Counted from the stretch's first letter, positions 25,658 to 39,767 are shown. The stretch: 64,000 bases of DNA from Octopus bimaculoides (GCF_001194135.2 NC_068996.1:21657819-21721818); one strand, 5' to 3'. The notes: a model not told the origin generated them from the sequence alone. Program-made: numbers and translations.

Positions 25658-27843
25658 AAGTAGCTTGCTTACCAACCACATGGTTCCGGGTTCATTCCCA
25701 CTGCGTAGCACTTAAGCAAGTGTCTTCTATAGCCTCGGGCCGACCAAAGCCTTGTGAGTGAATTTGGTAGACGGAAACTGAAAGAAGCCTGTCGTATATA
25801 TGTGTGTATGTTTGTGTGTCTGTGTTTATCCCCGCAACGTCGTTTGACAACCGATGCTTGTGTGTTTACGCCTCGTAAACTAGCGATTCGGCAAAAGTGA
25901 CCGATAGATGGGGTCGATTTGCTCGACTAAAGGCGGTGCTCCGGCATGGCCGCAGTCAAATGACTGAAACAATTAAAATAATAAAAGAATAAAGAATATA
26001 TGCATGTGTGTGTGTGTGTGTGCATGTATGTACGTCTTAAGATATACTAGGCAGAACAGGAATAGGGAGAAAACAAATAGTCATTGAAGACATACAAAAT
26101 AATAATAATAAACCTAAAGTGAAGATCAAACAAATAGTGCGGGTGATTATTAGCAAAATGACAAATATAACTATATATANNNNNNNNNNAAAAATTGAAT
26201 CGTAATCTGAGTGTCATATTAGGCATATATAAACTGTTAAAAAGTATGATGTTTTTATTTGCAAGAAAGTCTTTCAAGAGATATTGCATTCATGTAATTT
26301 CAGATACAATCCTACTGCACAGCACCTTGGGCAAGTGTCTTCTACTATAGCCCTGAGCCTACCAATACCTTGTGAGTGAATTTTGTAGAGGGAAACTGTT
26401 TGGAAGCCCTTGTGTATGTGTGTGTGTCTGCTTGTCTCCTATCACTTGATAACTGGTGTTGGTTTGTTTATGTCTCTGTAATGTAGTAGTTTGACAAAAA
26501 AGACCAACAGAATAAGTATCACACTGAAAAGTAAGTGCTAGGATTGATTTGTTTGACTAAAAACTTCAGAATGGTGCCCCAGTATGACCATAGTCCAATG
26601 AGTGAAACAAGTAGAAGAAAAGGTAAAAGATGTGTTAAAAAGCAAGTATATATTGGAAAGAGGCAAGCATCATCTTGGCAAAGACTCATGAGAACTAGAG
26701 ACACATTTCACCCTACAAGGGGCTGGTCAAAGTTGTGCACTCAGTTATCACCTGCTTAAATGAAATTCATGAACAAAACATTTACTAGTATTGCAGAAAG
26801 CTTGCAAAGCTGTAGAAAAACTCAATATATGCAATTGAAACAGGATTAAATTAAAATAGCCATCTATGCATCATCATCATCATTTAATGTCTGTCATCCA
26901 TGCTGGCATGGGTTGGACGGTTTGACTGGAGAGCTGCACCAGGCTCCAGTCTGATTTGGCAGACTGGAGCCTGGTGCAGCCCTTCAACATCATATCAGAT
27001 ATATAGACACCATTGAAATTCAATACCAGTGAATGTATTATTCATTCTTTCTTATATACTGAAGCACAAATTTTGTCTTAGTGATAAACAGGAGCACAAC
27101 ATTAACAAGTACAATGAGATGTATCTGTCCTTCTTGTGAGTCACTGCAGCTCCAATATATAGTGATTTTAGCACAAGCCAATGAAGATATTTTTCTCTCA
27201 GACAAAAACCACAGTATGATGCCTTTCAAAGGTGTATATACATTTAGTATGATACACATGGGCAATTTTTAATTTAATGCCATTTCAGTTACATTCAAAT
27301 CTTTTTACAGCTCAGCAAGAATTTTGTCTTGGTAAGTGACATGTATTGACAAGTCCCCAAGCAGGACAAAACATGTCTGTTGTTCTCATGAATCACTGCC
27401 ACTACAACAGTCGCCTCATATATTGTGCTTTTTAAGCAGAGCATGTCTGTGAAGAAATTTTTTAGTGTTACCATTTTAGCCATGACAGGCTCTGTTCTGT
27501 CTTCATAATGTTTCTCATTTATTTCTAATTCATAGATCACACAGAGGCTTGAAAGAATGTGTTGACTCACTTTATCATAGCAGGGTTTGTATTCATGTTG
27601 TGCAGGTATCCTCCAAACACTAACAGTGTGTCACACTCTCTACATCATTACCAGCACAAGCAGCACTTGGTCACTTTCAGCACACATGCAGATAGATTTT
27701 CTTTATGAAGTTGCTTGTAAGGGCTAGACTCTCAGCTGTAATAAATAAACATTATATTTGCTCTCTTTAGTTCAGGCTTCCCTATGAGGTGTCTATGCTA
27801 CATCACTCTTCATATTTTCTGTTTCCTTTCAAAATTTTCCACA

Positions 27844-27995
27844 TAGGCGTAGGAGTGGCTGTGTGGTAAGTAGCTTGCTCACCAACCACATGGTTCTGGG
27901 TTCAGTCCCACTGCGTGGCACCTTGGGCAAGTGTCTTCTACTATAGCCTCGGGCCAACCAAAGCCTTGTGGTAGACGGAAACTGAAAGAAGTCGT

Positions 27996-28057
<62 letters not shown>

Positions 28058-28265
28058 ATGTTTATGTGTCTGTGTTTGTCCCCACCAACAACGCTTGACA
28101 ACCGATGCTGGTGTGTTTACGTCCCCGTAACATAGCGGTTCGGCAAAAGAGACCGATAGAACAAGTACTAGGCTTACAAAGAATAAGTCCTGGGGTCGAT
28201 TTGCTCGACTAAAGGTGGTGCTCCGGCATGGCCACAGTCAAATGACTGAAACAAGTAAAAGAGTA
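27844..28265 (+). mobile_element. Best-preserved family A SINE with internal (TA)n(TG)n
   Basis: A-box-like tggctgtgtgg, B-box ggttcagtccc, gcaccttgggcaagtg core, central microsatellite, end ...aaatgactgaaacaagtaaaaga. Reverse copies at about 43585-43970 and 47690-48140; many fragments elsewhere. Confidence 0.85.
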
Positions 28266-29039
28266 TAGATTCATTGTCCTTCAACTTGCCACTCACCTTT
28301 CTCTACTTCTTTCTTTATATAAATTTTTGCTCTCAATCTTCTATCTATTTTAACTCATTAGCAATCAGATTAGTCTATTAAATGTAAGCTTATTTTATCC
28401 ACATTGTTTTGAATCAATCATGCACTATTTCATAGCTTTGAGATTTTGATGATGTTACTATAAAATATTTGGGCTGGATATAACAGGTGTAAATGCTAAA
28501 ATGTTAAATCCAGTGACATGTTGAAGCAAAAACCTTGTTGCTATTTTATAAGAAAAAATAATCCCAATATCCATCTTTCTGCAACCATTAATTCCCATAA
28601 TACTAGGAGAGATAAACTTCTTTAAATAATTTACCCTTCATGGAATTGTTAACCATCAAAATTTCTAAAAACAAAATTTTAAAATCATCATCATCATCAT
28701 CATCATAACTTAACGTCTGTTGTTCATGCTGGCATGAGTTGGACAGTTTGACCAGAGCTGGAAGGCTGCACCAGACTCCAGTTTGATTTGGCATGGTTTC
28801 TATAGCTGGATGCCCTTTCTAACACCAACCACTCTGAAAGTGTAATGGGTGCTTTTATGTGTCACCAGCATGGGTGCCATTTGCATGACTACTATTTTAC
28901 TTGGCTTGATGGGTCTTCTCAAGCACAGCATAATGTCAAAGGTCTTGGTCATTGCCTCTGTGAAGCCCAACACTGGAAAGTTGATTTTTGTGTGCCACTA
29001 GCATCAGCCGCTTAGTCATTGCCTCTATGGGGCTAAAGA

Positions 29040-30300
29040 GTTCAAAGATCATGCTTCATAACCTTATCCCATGTCTTCCTTAGTCTACCTCTAACACAGG
29101 TTCCCTCCATAGTTAGAGATCAACACTTCTTTACACAGCTGTTTTCATCCCTCTTGCTTACCACATGATACCTCTTATACCCAACTTTTCTCTCAAGATA
29201 CTTACACTCTGTTGTATATGCACACTGACATTGCACATCTAGCGAAACATATTGGCTTCATTTCTTTCAAGCCTACACATATCCTTCACTGTCACAGCCC
29301 AGGTTTCACTGCCATGTAGCATAGCTGTTTGCATGCAGGCAACATACAATCTACCTTTCACTTCGAGCGAGAAACCCTTTGTTGCCAGCAGAGGTAGGTA
29401 CTCTCTGAATTTTGTTCAGCCTATTCTTATTCTCACAGCTATGCTCTCAGAGCATCCACTTCCACTATTGACTTAGTCACCTAGATAGCAGAGGCTATCT
29501 ACTACCTCTAGTTTACCCCACTGGCAGTTGATGGAATCTATTTTCTGTACGTTTTTGGTGTTTATTGTACCTGAGCACCTTCTACACACAAAAACTGTTT
29601 TCCCTGTTAACCTTCCACTGATATTGCTGCACCTCTACACAACATACATCTTATGAAATTTCTACCTATGCCGTTTCTACAGATTGAGCAGGGCCATCTA
29701 CCTGAAAGGATTTGTGATTTGTCTATCTTCTTGCTTACTAAGACTTTGGTTTTTGCTAGGTTAACTCTAAAGCCCTTCAATTCTAGACTTTGCTTCCATG
29801 TCGGATACTTCTTTGGTAGTTCTGGAAGTGATTCAGCTATACAAACAAGATCATCAGCATAGAGAAGCTCCCAGGGGCAGCTTGTCTTAAGTTCCTCTGT
29901 TATTGCCTGGAGGACTATGACGAACAAGAAGCAGCTGAGGACAGATCCCTATTAGTATCCTGAATTCTTCTCTGTACTCATTGCCCACCCTCACCTTACT
30001 GACAGTGTCCCTGTACATGGTTTGTATAGCTCTCACCAACCACTCGTCTATCCCTAATTTCCATATTGACTACCAGATAAGGGATCAGGGACCCTGTCAA
30101 AGGCTGTCTCCAAGTCAACAAAAGCCAAGTATAGAGGTTTATCTTTGGCTATATATTTCTCCTGCAGCTGTCTTACCAGAAACTCCTCCCAGGCACAAAA
30201 CCAAACTGCATCTCATCTAGACTCTCTCCCCAATTAGTTGGGCTATTATCCTCTCTGTAACTTTCATCACCTGTTCCTTCAATTTGATACCTCTGTAATT
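29040..30300 (-). mobile_element. RTE-clade LINE relic (RT domain and C-terminus)
   Basis: CPWELLYADDLV...GFRVNLAKTKVL...WPCSICRNGIG. Confidence 0.85.
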
Positions 30301-30589
30301 ATTTCTATCTAAGGCAAAACCCTTTACCTTTTACTTGTTGTAGTCATTAGACTGCAGCCATGCTGGGGCACTGCCATAAAGGGTTTTAGACAAACAAATC
30401 ACCCCCTGTACTTATATTTTCAAGCCTGGCACTTATTCTATTGGTTACTATTGCCAAGCTGCTAAGTTACAAGGATGTAAACAAACTCTAGTTTTCAAAC
30501 AGTGGTGGTGGAAACTACACACACACACATACCAGGTATCACAGAAAGCTTTACCTACCATATTATTGTAATTACTCATATATACAAAA

Positions 30590-31545
30590 GAGGGCAATCA
30601 AACTTCCTATATGAATCAAATTTGAAAATGACCACCTCTTGCTTTGACCATGGCTTGCAAACAAGTGTTTACTGAACTGCACCACTTCTTTGTCAAATTT
30701 ACTCCACACAGAACTGCCATAACATTCAAGGTAAACAGTACTGCACCACTTCTTTGTCAAATTTACTCCACACAGATCTGCCATAACATTTGAGGTATGG
30801 GCTGGGCCACTGTCCTGAGTGAAGACAGACCTGTTTCCAAATGTTCATTTAATCATGGCAACGTTTTCTTCCAACATTTTGACATAAACGGTGCTGTTCA
30901 CATAAACACCCTCATAAATGAAGATGAAAGGAGACTTGGATCCATCAGATGCTATAGCAGCCCACTATAACCCCAGCTGGTTTCTGATGATGAAAATAGG
31001 TTCAGCTCCCTTTAGGTAAGTCCTGAGCATCGGCAACATACAGCTTGTCATTCTGTTTGTTAGTAACAATCTCCACAGTGAAAGATCTTCTCGTCACTCC
31101 AAATGAAGACTTTGTGATGCTGTTCATCTCCACAATCATCTTTCTTCCTCTGTCAAGCCATTTTTACTTCAAAGCAGCTGAAATTACTTGTCTGGGTTGC
31201 TTTTTGTCTTTAGTCTGAGATCCTCTTTAGCAATCCTGTACATTGAAGATTTTGAAATATTAAGCTCTCTTGCCATTTTTTGCATGCTTCAATGAAGATT
31301 CCTGCGAACTCTCTTTCTCACAGTATCAATCACAGATTTGGTATGAACAGTTCTTTTACACCCTGGAATTGGGTTGCTTGATGTCAGGTCAGATTGATTA
31401 TAACATTCCCAGACATTATACACTGTCTTATAACACACATTGAGCTGTTTTGCAATATTGTCAGATTTTCCTGCTGATTTTTAATGCAAGGATTTGATCA
31501 CATTTAACTTGAGATGCCATATTTGTTGACAAAATTATTATAGAC
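30590..31545 (-). mobile_element. Degenerate maT/DD37D-like Tc1-mariner transposase relic
   Basis: Fragments KMARELNISKSSMYRIAKEDL, FTVEIVTNKQNDK, QKPAGV and C-terminal LQAMVKARGGHF; internal direct duplication of about 55 bp (about 30675 and 30740). Confidence 0.7.
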
Positions 31546-31889
31546 AAACAAAACTATAAACACTTAAAGCTGAAACATACAGAAATTGCTGTGTGCAATC
31601 AAAAATATAATTGCTTATCCAATAATTTTCAAGAATTTCTTTAATCTTCAGTAAATGTTTCTAGGACACCCAATATATATATATATATATATATATACAT
31701 ACATGCACACACACACACAATGAGCTTCCACAGTTTCCATCAACCAAATTCACCCAAAAGACATTGGTCAGCCCAGGGTTATTGATGCCACACTGGTATT
31801 AAATCTGAAATCACATGGTTGCAAAGTGAGCTTTTTCAAAATGATTCTTTGATTGTGTGTGATTACCTCCACAAGTTAATAAGAAATAT

Positions 31890-32560
31890 TTAATGAAATT
31901 GAAAAAGAACAACAAAAAATTCAGTTATATTATATTGTGACAAATGGAATATCTGAAGAAAAACATGAGTTTGGTGGTGTTCCACTAACATGCAAAGTAT
32001 ACTGAGAAGACTTTCTTGAGACAACCAATGTCTCAGTCTTCTAATTCTCATCTCTGCCTTGTAGTACTTGGCAGTGAACCCATTCAGTTCATGCTGGAGA
32101 TCCCCTTCAGAACACCTACCAATTGTGATTTCATTTTCATAATGGCTGTATATACCAATGCAGTTCATAAAAGTTATGAAAAAAAAGAGAAGTGGCAATA
32201 CACATCCTTGCTGAAGTCCAAATTGCACTTTGAAAGCTCTTGATTTAACATTTACCTAAAGACAAACATTTGACCAGTTGTATAGGGACTTGACAGCATC
32301 CAGAAGTTGCCCATTTATCTCAAGCTCTTGCAAAACCCTCTGCAATATGCAGTTGTATGCCTTTTCAAGGTTTACAAAGCAAGTGTACATTTCATGGCAA
32401 TATTCACACAATTTCTAGAAGACCAGCTGTAAAGATGGTTGAATAATATACATAGTTTCAAATTAGTCACACTTGGGGATCCGGCAGTAAAATGTAATTA
32501 CCTTGCTTCTGATGAGACCTTACAGAGGCAGTCCCTGAGGATTCTACCCCAACAATCCTC
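31890..32560 (-). mobile_element. Non-LTR reverse transcriptase relic
   Basis: FGLQQGCVLPLLFF (RQGCVLSPLLF-like), with upstream FVNLEKAYN- and ASGCCQV-like remnants. Confidence 0.65.
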
Positions 32561-32820
32561 CAGAAATAGCAAGCAGAAAAACGGATATGCGATTGGTTAA
32601 TATTAGCTAGTGCATTGAAACTTAAATTACTGTGCTTTTCCAGATTTAGTTCGTTAATAATTTAGCACCCTGAATGCCCAAATTATTTAAGGTATATATC
32701 AACCCTTTACTCCTGGGACAGGGGAAGTCAATATTAATCACTTTGTCGATCCCCTTTGATATTCTAATCAAGCCTTTCTGCTATCATGTTTTCAGTCTAT
32801 CTACAGCCAAGTTTCATTTA

Positions 32821-33733
32821 TCATATTTGCCAGCATATAAGACATTCTTGCATAAGATGCACCATACTTTTCAGGTATATTTTGTGTAAGGAAAAACAAA
32901 TTTAGTACGTTTGATCAAATACTAACTGAAAGACATTTTAAATTAGTTCTTTAGAACTAATGTATGATCCTGTGCATGGAAACACAATGCTGTGATTGGA
33001 CACAGGGATAAAATATGAAAGCATAAATTTATTGTGCATAAAGTATGCTATGTTAGTACCTGTATTTTAGTTTCATCTTCTTTCAGATATAGTTAACGTA
33101 GTTGGTTATATTGGTCAAGACAGTTGTCATACAGGATATGTAAAGTATGTATTTCTAGCTGTATTGTTTTATGCAACTGTAATTAGCAACCAGCACAGCA
33201 CAACACAACTATTATTTTGTTGCCACCTGCTGAAACAGCTGAGAGATAACTGCATGTTAACCATTAGCACACTGTAGGTGCATCATGTCACCATATGAAT
33301 TTTCTCCCCTGTAGTACAGGGCAGTGATAGAGGAAACAATTCTAAAGAAAATGCAGTGCTAAAGGTTTAAAGTTCCTTTCCTCTTTCAAGAATTTTTCAT
33401 TTAGATAAAAAAAATGTTTACTAAAGGCAACACAATTACTAAATAATGTAAGACACATATCAGGTATGATTACGTATGCAGAGGAAGGAGGTACAATGAA
33501 ATGATGCAACATTCCTATATAAGGTACCATAACCAATTTTTTTTGTTTGTGCTAACAATCTGAAATAATTTAACCTGCTTCCAATGTTTTATTATTAGTA
33601 ACAATTATTGTACCTAATGGACTTATGCTCATCCTGCACCCTTGGTCTCCTGTCAACAATACAACCACAATAGACGGGTAAAATTTGGATACACTTAAAA
33701 AATAAAATGCATCATATCCACTAGCAAATATGG
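32821..33733. mobile_element. Old pogo-type non-autonomous element
   Basis: Left end TA+tcatatttgccagcatataagac; reverse complement of the right end taccatatttgctagtggatatgatgc; TA-flanked. Confidence 0.55.
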
Positions 33734-36312
33734 TACTTTTGAGTGGATAAATTAGAATTTGATCACTAATTTTCATGTACATCACATCTAATTTCCTTTA
33801 ATGTCCAGTATAGCTGCATTGTAGCTATCAAACAAGTTATAGCCCAGGTGTTCATAGTAAGTCTTTTGTACTGTACTCACTCCTTTATCTCTCAAGATAT
33901 TGCATCACCTCATTCCAGTACCCCTTAGTACTTATATCTTGCTTCTTCTGAGTCAACCTTTTTTTCCATTGTGTAATACTATACCACTGCAAATCTCCAT
34001 TCTCCAGTTTTTCCCTGTGCTTTGACTACCAATATATATATATATACATATATATATAAATGATATCCAGTCAACACTGCTCAATCATGATACCGGTTTG
34101 TACATAAAAGTCCCACAGAAGTTTAAAGCTGTTGTTGTCCTGTATTCTATCTGTTTACTCGTTTCAGTCATTAGGCTACTGCTACACTGGGGTGCTGCCT
34201 TGAAGGGTTTTAGTCAAATAAATTGACTCCAGTACTTAATTTTTTAAAATCTGGTAGATTCCTGGACCAGGCTGTGTTGTGTTCTTGAGCAAGACACTTC
34301 ATTTCACGTTGCTCCAGTTCACTCAGCTGTAGAAATGAGATGTGACGTTACTGGTGCTAAGCTGCATCGGCCTTTGCCTTCCCCTTGGTTAAGACTGGTG
34401 GCATGGGAAGGGGAAGCTGGTATGCATGAGCAACTGCTGGTCTTTCATAAACAACCTTGCCTAGACTTGTGCCTCGGAGGGTAACTTTCTAGGTGCAATT
34501 CCATGGTAATTCCTGACCAGAGGGGATCTTTACCCTTTATACTTATTCAATCAGTTTCTTCAGCCAAATCACTTTGGTACTGGGACAGAAACAAACATAC
34601 TAATTAAGCTGTGGGAGTAGCACATAAAATACAAATATATGACAGGCCTCCATACAGTCTCTATCTACAAAATTCACTCACAAGGCACTAGTCAACTTGG
34701 AATAGAGGACACTTGTCCAAGGTGCTGTGCAGTGGGACTGAGCCCAAAACCTTGTAGTTGCAAAATGAGAGATGCCAGTGAATATATTGATCCCCTTTGC
34801 TGTGACAAGCTTTGTATTCACATTGCCCAGGCATCCCCCATGCAATGAGAGTATCACTATCTATATCTCAGCAATCTGTTCTCATCTCTTTTTGTCATCC
34901 TTCATTCCTCTCAAGTCTTTCACTACCTTAGATTGACCCAACAGGTGCAGATGGCATTAAAAAAAAAAAAAAAGCAACCAGTACATGTTGTATGGTTGGC
35001 ATTAGGAAAGACATTCAGCTGCAGAAACCATCAGTGCACAATGCTGTCTTTCGGTCTGTCATATCTTGTCAAACTATCCAACCTCTGCCAGCATAGAACA
35101 TGGACGTTAAATGAAAATGATGATTTTAAAGAGTCTCTGATATAATGACAGTCTTATGGAACTGATCACAAAAGTCTGAACCAGAGATGTAATAAGAAGA
35201 CTTTGTTTCCTTCTTTAATTCTGTCCTCCCTAATACATGTCTTTGACTCACCAGTTTTCACATTGTTTCCTTTTCAAACTTGTAGGTCCATTGACTTCTT
35301 TTTTTATATGAATTTTTAGCTTCAGTGCCCGTGACATGTGTAAGGATTTTCGAGCGAGATCGTTGCCAGTGCCCCTCGACTGGCTCTTGTGCAGGTGGCA
35401 CATAAAATACACCATTTTGAGCATGGCCGTTGCCAGTACCGCCTGACTGGCTTTCATGCGGGTGACACGTAAAAGCACCTACTACACTCACGGAGTGGTT
35501 GGCGTTAGGAAGAGCATCCAGCTGTAGAAACTTTGCCAAATCAGATTGAAGCCTGGTGTAGCCATCTGGTTTCACCAGTCCTCAGTCAAATCGTCCAACC
35601 CATGCTAGCATGGAAAGCGGACGTTAAACGATGATGATGATGAATCTCTTCCTTCTTCAAACCCCACCCACCACAACAGAATTGAGATCCTAAAACCAAA
35701 GTGTCATGTAAAAGGCACTGGTGTGGATGCTGGTGCAATGTAAAAAAGCACTGGTGATGGTGCCATAGAAAACTCACCCAGTACACTCTGTAAAGTTGTT
35801 GGCATTAGGAAGAGCATCCAGCTGTAGAACCCAAGCCATCCAACCCATACAAAACAGGCATTAAATGATGATGACAATTATATTTTATATCAGTTATCAG
35901 GGATGATATGTCTTGAGGTTTGGTGAATAACAAGGTTCCTTAAATCTAAAGAACCTTTCTTAGGATTCCTGCAAAATACTTTACTGCATGTTGGCAATGC
36001 AGATCTCAATTCCAATTAAAAAAAATCTCATAAAATCCAGTAATTCTTATTCTTTATCACAATTTCTGCTTCATGTTCACACCACTTTTCTTTTACTTTG
36101 AAGCCACACTCTCGACTAACATTCCAATGACCTCTTTTACATACACAATCATGCCTGTGCATATATACTTTTTGTGTTAGCATTTACTCAAGAGATGGTT
36201 AATACTTTCATCACATTTCCTACAGATTAAGCATTTGTTCTGAGTTTTATTAATATTTGTCTTTATCAAATTCATCCCAACAGCATCTTTCTGAGTGACT
36301 ATAATTAGTGTT

Positions 36313-36349
36313 CTCACAATAGCTCAGTTGGTAGAGCGGAAGACTGGAG
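36313..36349 (+). pseudogene. 5' half of a tRNA-Tyr-like sequence
   Basis: TAGCTCAGTTGGTAGAGCGGAAGACTG differs at one position from the eukaryotic tRNA-Tyr(GTA) 5' half; no T-arm or B-box follows. Confidence 0.6.
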
Positions 36350-36463
36350 TAAGTTATTATTATTATCTTTATTTTTGTGTCAACAATGAAAACATAAAAG
36401 GAAAAATAAAAACAAACAATATAAGTGTGTGTATGTGTGTCTGTATGTTATATAACAATATGC

Positions 36464-36494
<31 letters not shown>

Positions 36495-37023
36495 ATTTTA
36501 TTCAAATTGTGTTTAACATATTTCAGAAAAAAATATTTTTTCAATTTTTTTAAAATTTTTATATATTGATTTTCAAAGTTTCAAGTTTGTGTTTTATTTA
36601 TTTTAGTAAATTTCGGTTTAGTGTGTATTTTTCATTTTTTCTCTCTTTTTTTTCCTTTGACAACAAAGTGTGTGCATATATATGTATATATGTAGGCACA
36701 TATATGTATGCACATGTGAGTGTGTATGTGTGTGTATATATATATGTACACACACACACACATACATACAGACACACACACACAGATAAAAATATAAATG
36801 CATACATAGACACACACATATATATATATATACATACATATATATGTACATATATATATAAATACATATACACATTTATATATATCCATATAATTATACT
36901 TATACATATATATAAGGTAACTTTCTCTTCTATTTCACATCTTTATATTTCTTCGGGAGGCAAAGAAAAACACAAACAAGCAAATATATATGTACACATG
37001 CACGCACACACACATCCACACCC

Positions 37024-37061
<38 letters not shown>

Positions 37062-37618
37062 GTAGGTAGGTATATGCATAAAGTAACAGTTTTTTTTTTT
37101 TTCAGTCTATTTTGTAAATATTTCTTTTTCCCAACATAATCTCCTTTCTACAGCTGGTTAATTTCTTACATATTTCTTTCAGACCAACAAGAAACAAATG
37201 ATTAGATATAAAATAATAACATTTCTTTTTATATCCTTTAAATATAAGTTGTGTTTTATGATTGCAATTAAGTTTTATATTTTCATTTTCATGGCAAAAA
37301 ACATATATGTATATGTGTATGTGTGTATATTCATATGTCTATGTATATATATATGTGTATACAGATCCTGCAAGCACTTGGAAACCACACTGGTGCTGGT
37401 AGTTTGAACAAAAGCACCTAGTACACTTTGTTTGTAAGTGGCTGGCATTGAGATAGGCTTCCAGCTGTAAAATCCATGCCAAAGCAGACATTGAACCTCA
37501 GCACATCCCTCTGACTCACCAACTCCCATCAAACAATTCAAAGATGATGATGATACATATATATGTATGTGTGTGTGTATGTATGTATATATGTGTGTGT
37601 GTGTGTGTATATATATAT

Positions 37619-37650
<32 letters not shown>

Positions 37651-37741
37651 GCACATATATATATACACATATATATATACACATACATACATATACATAC
37701 ATATATATATACATATATATATATACATATACATATATATA

Positions 37742-38565
37742 TATGAGGTGGTATCAAAGTTGCTCGACTAGTTCTGTAGCACACCAATAGATGACAGGAC
37801 ACAGATGCGTGCGTAGTGAGTGCTAGCAGTAACTTTCATAAGGCAGTGTGCTGAGTTTTTGTCATTGACAGGAAATTAGAACAAAAGAGCCAACATGAAA
37901 TTTTGGCATTAAACTTGGCAAGTCTGCTACAGAGACATTGAGCTTGATTTGGCAAGTTTACGGTGACAAGTTAATGGTATCAAGTGACACAGGCACATGA
38001 CAGAGCTGCAGCTCCATCAAGAGCATGCTTATAATTTTTTTTTTTTTTGACGTCCATGGTACTACTGTGCATTAAGAAATTGTCCCTCAGGGCCAGACCA
38101 TCGGTTGAGAGTTCTACTGTAATGTTTTGAAGCATTTGAGGGAGGACATTTGGTGAAAGTGAGTGGATCTGTGGAGCGTGAAGAATTAGATTCTTCACTA
38201 CAACAATGCACCCTGTTACCAAACTCTCCTCCCTTCTCGCCAAAAACAATATGATATCGCCTCAACACCCGCCTTATTCACCAGATATAGCACTTGTGGA
38301 CTTCCATCTCTTCCTCAAGACGAAAATGCAGCTCAAAGGTCACCGTTTCAACATAGTTATAGATATTCAGAGAAAATCGCAGAAGGTCTTTCACTTGCTT
38401 ATGGAAACTATTTCCAAGCCGAATTCCAAAAGTGGCAGGAACAGTGGGACTGGTGTGTTGCTGTGCAAGGTGACTATTTCAAAGGAGATGATGTTAAAAC
38501 TTAGGTAAATAAGTTATTTTTTATTAAACATAATGTGTGCAGGAACTTTTTGATACCACCTCATA
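37742..38565 (+). mobile_element. Internally deleted mariner (irritans-like TIR)
   Basis: TIRs tatgaggtggtatcaaagtt and aactttttgataccacctcata; residual HPPYSPDIALVDFHLFLKTKMQLKGHRF. Confidence 0.85.
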
Positions 38566-38875
38566 TAATCATCATCATTTAATGCCTGTCTTCTAAGGTA
38601 GTATGGGTTGGACGGTGTGACAAGAGCTGGTATGCCAGAGAACTATTTTCTGTCACGGCATGGTTTCTATAGCTGGATTCTCTTTCTAATGCCAACCACT
38701 CCAATAGTGTACTCGGTGCCTTTTATGTGGCACCAGCACAAGTGCAGTCACCAAGTAACTTGCAAGACAAGTAAATATATGTGTACACACAGTGTGTGTG
38801 TGTATGCATATATATATATATATATATTTATATGTGGTGTGTGTGTGTATTAAAGTGTATATGTGCATATTTATA

Positions 38876-38947
<72 letters not shown>

Positions 38948-39509
38948 TTACCATTTTTTTTTGTTCCAAGATAATCTCGTTTTTACAACTGTTTCATTAA
39001 AATTGAAAAAGGAAAAAAAAAACAAACAAAAAAAACAAAACAAAACAAAACAAGAGACTTCTTGGAAAAGAAAAAAGATTATAAAGTTTTTTGAAAATTT
39101 CTAAATAATTTTTTTGAAAAAGTCTTTTTGCTAATTTGCAAATATCTTAATTAATTTCAGTTGGACAACAACAACAACAACAAACAAGAAATAATTATAT
39201 ATAATATAACATTCTTTGTGGTATTTAAATGTAATATGTATTGTATGATTACAACTATCTTCTTTTTGTTTTGAGAGCAACAGAACAGAAAGAAGCCAAA
39301 GTTCACCTCTTTCTGCTTCTGCTGTGTTTCTGTCAACCATAGCCACTCACAAAACTTTGGTCAGCCCAGGACTATGGTAGAAGACATTTGTCCAAGGTGC
39401 CAGGCAGTGGAACTGAACCTGAAACAATGTGGTTTGGAGTTGGGAAGCAAATTTTTTAAACACACAGGCTATTTTGCATCTGTATCTGTGTCTGTGTGTA
39501 TGAAAATGA

Positions 39510-39540
<31 letters not shown>

Positions 39541-39545
39541 AGGTG

Positions 39546-39702
39546 TAGCGTGGAAGGTGTTTATAAGCCAGCATGGAATTTTGTCAGTGAACAGGTCACG
39601 GTCTCAAAGCGACGAAAACATTTTGGTATATTATAGTTAAATGTTGAAGTGAATCTAACGGTTTTTGTGTGTTTTTAAATGGCTTATAAACACCTTCCAC
39701 TC
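39546..39702. repeat. Short inverted repeat (about 23-bp arms) in a foldback-type repeat fragment
   Basis: gcgtggaaggtgtttataagcca ... tggcttataaacaccttccactc. Confidence 0.75.
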
Positions 39703-39767
39703 TGCAATTGCTTTTGTTTCAGCACATGATTTCAGATCAGGTCACTTGCTATGCAAGTACATCTCTG

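Noticed and set aside
33087-33150. Apparent plus-strand micro-exon DIVNVVGYIGQDSCHTGYVK with AG/GT ends
   Set aside because: It lies inside a pogo-type TIR-bounded element, and no partner plus-strand exons were found.
35252-35335. Possible coding exon KKEVNGPTSLKRKQCENW ending at a strong donor
   Set aside because: No acceptor outside the adjacent repeat, and BAHD1 coding is already complete upstream of it.
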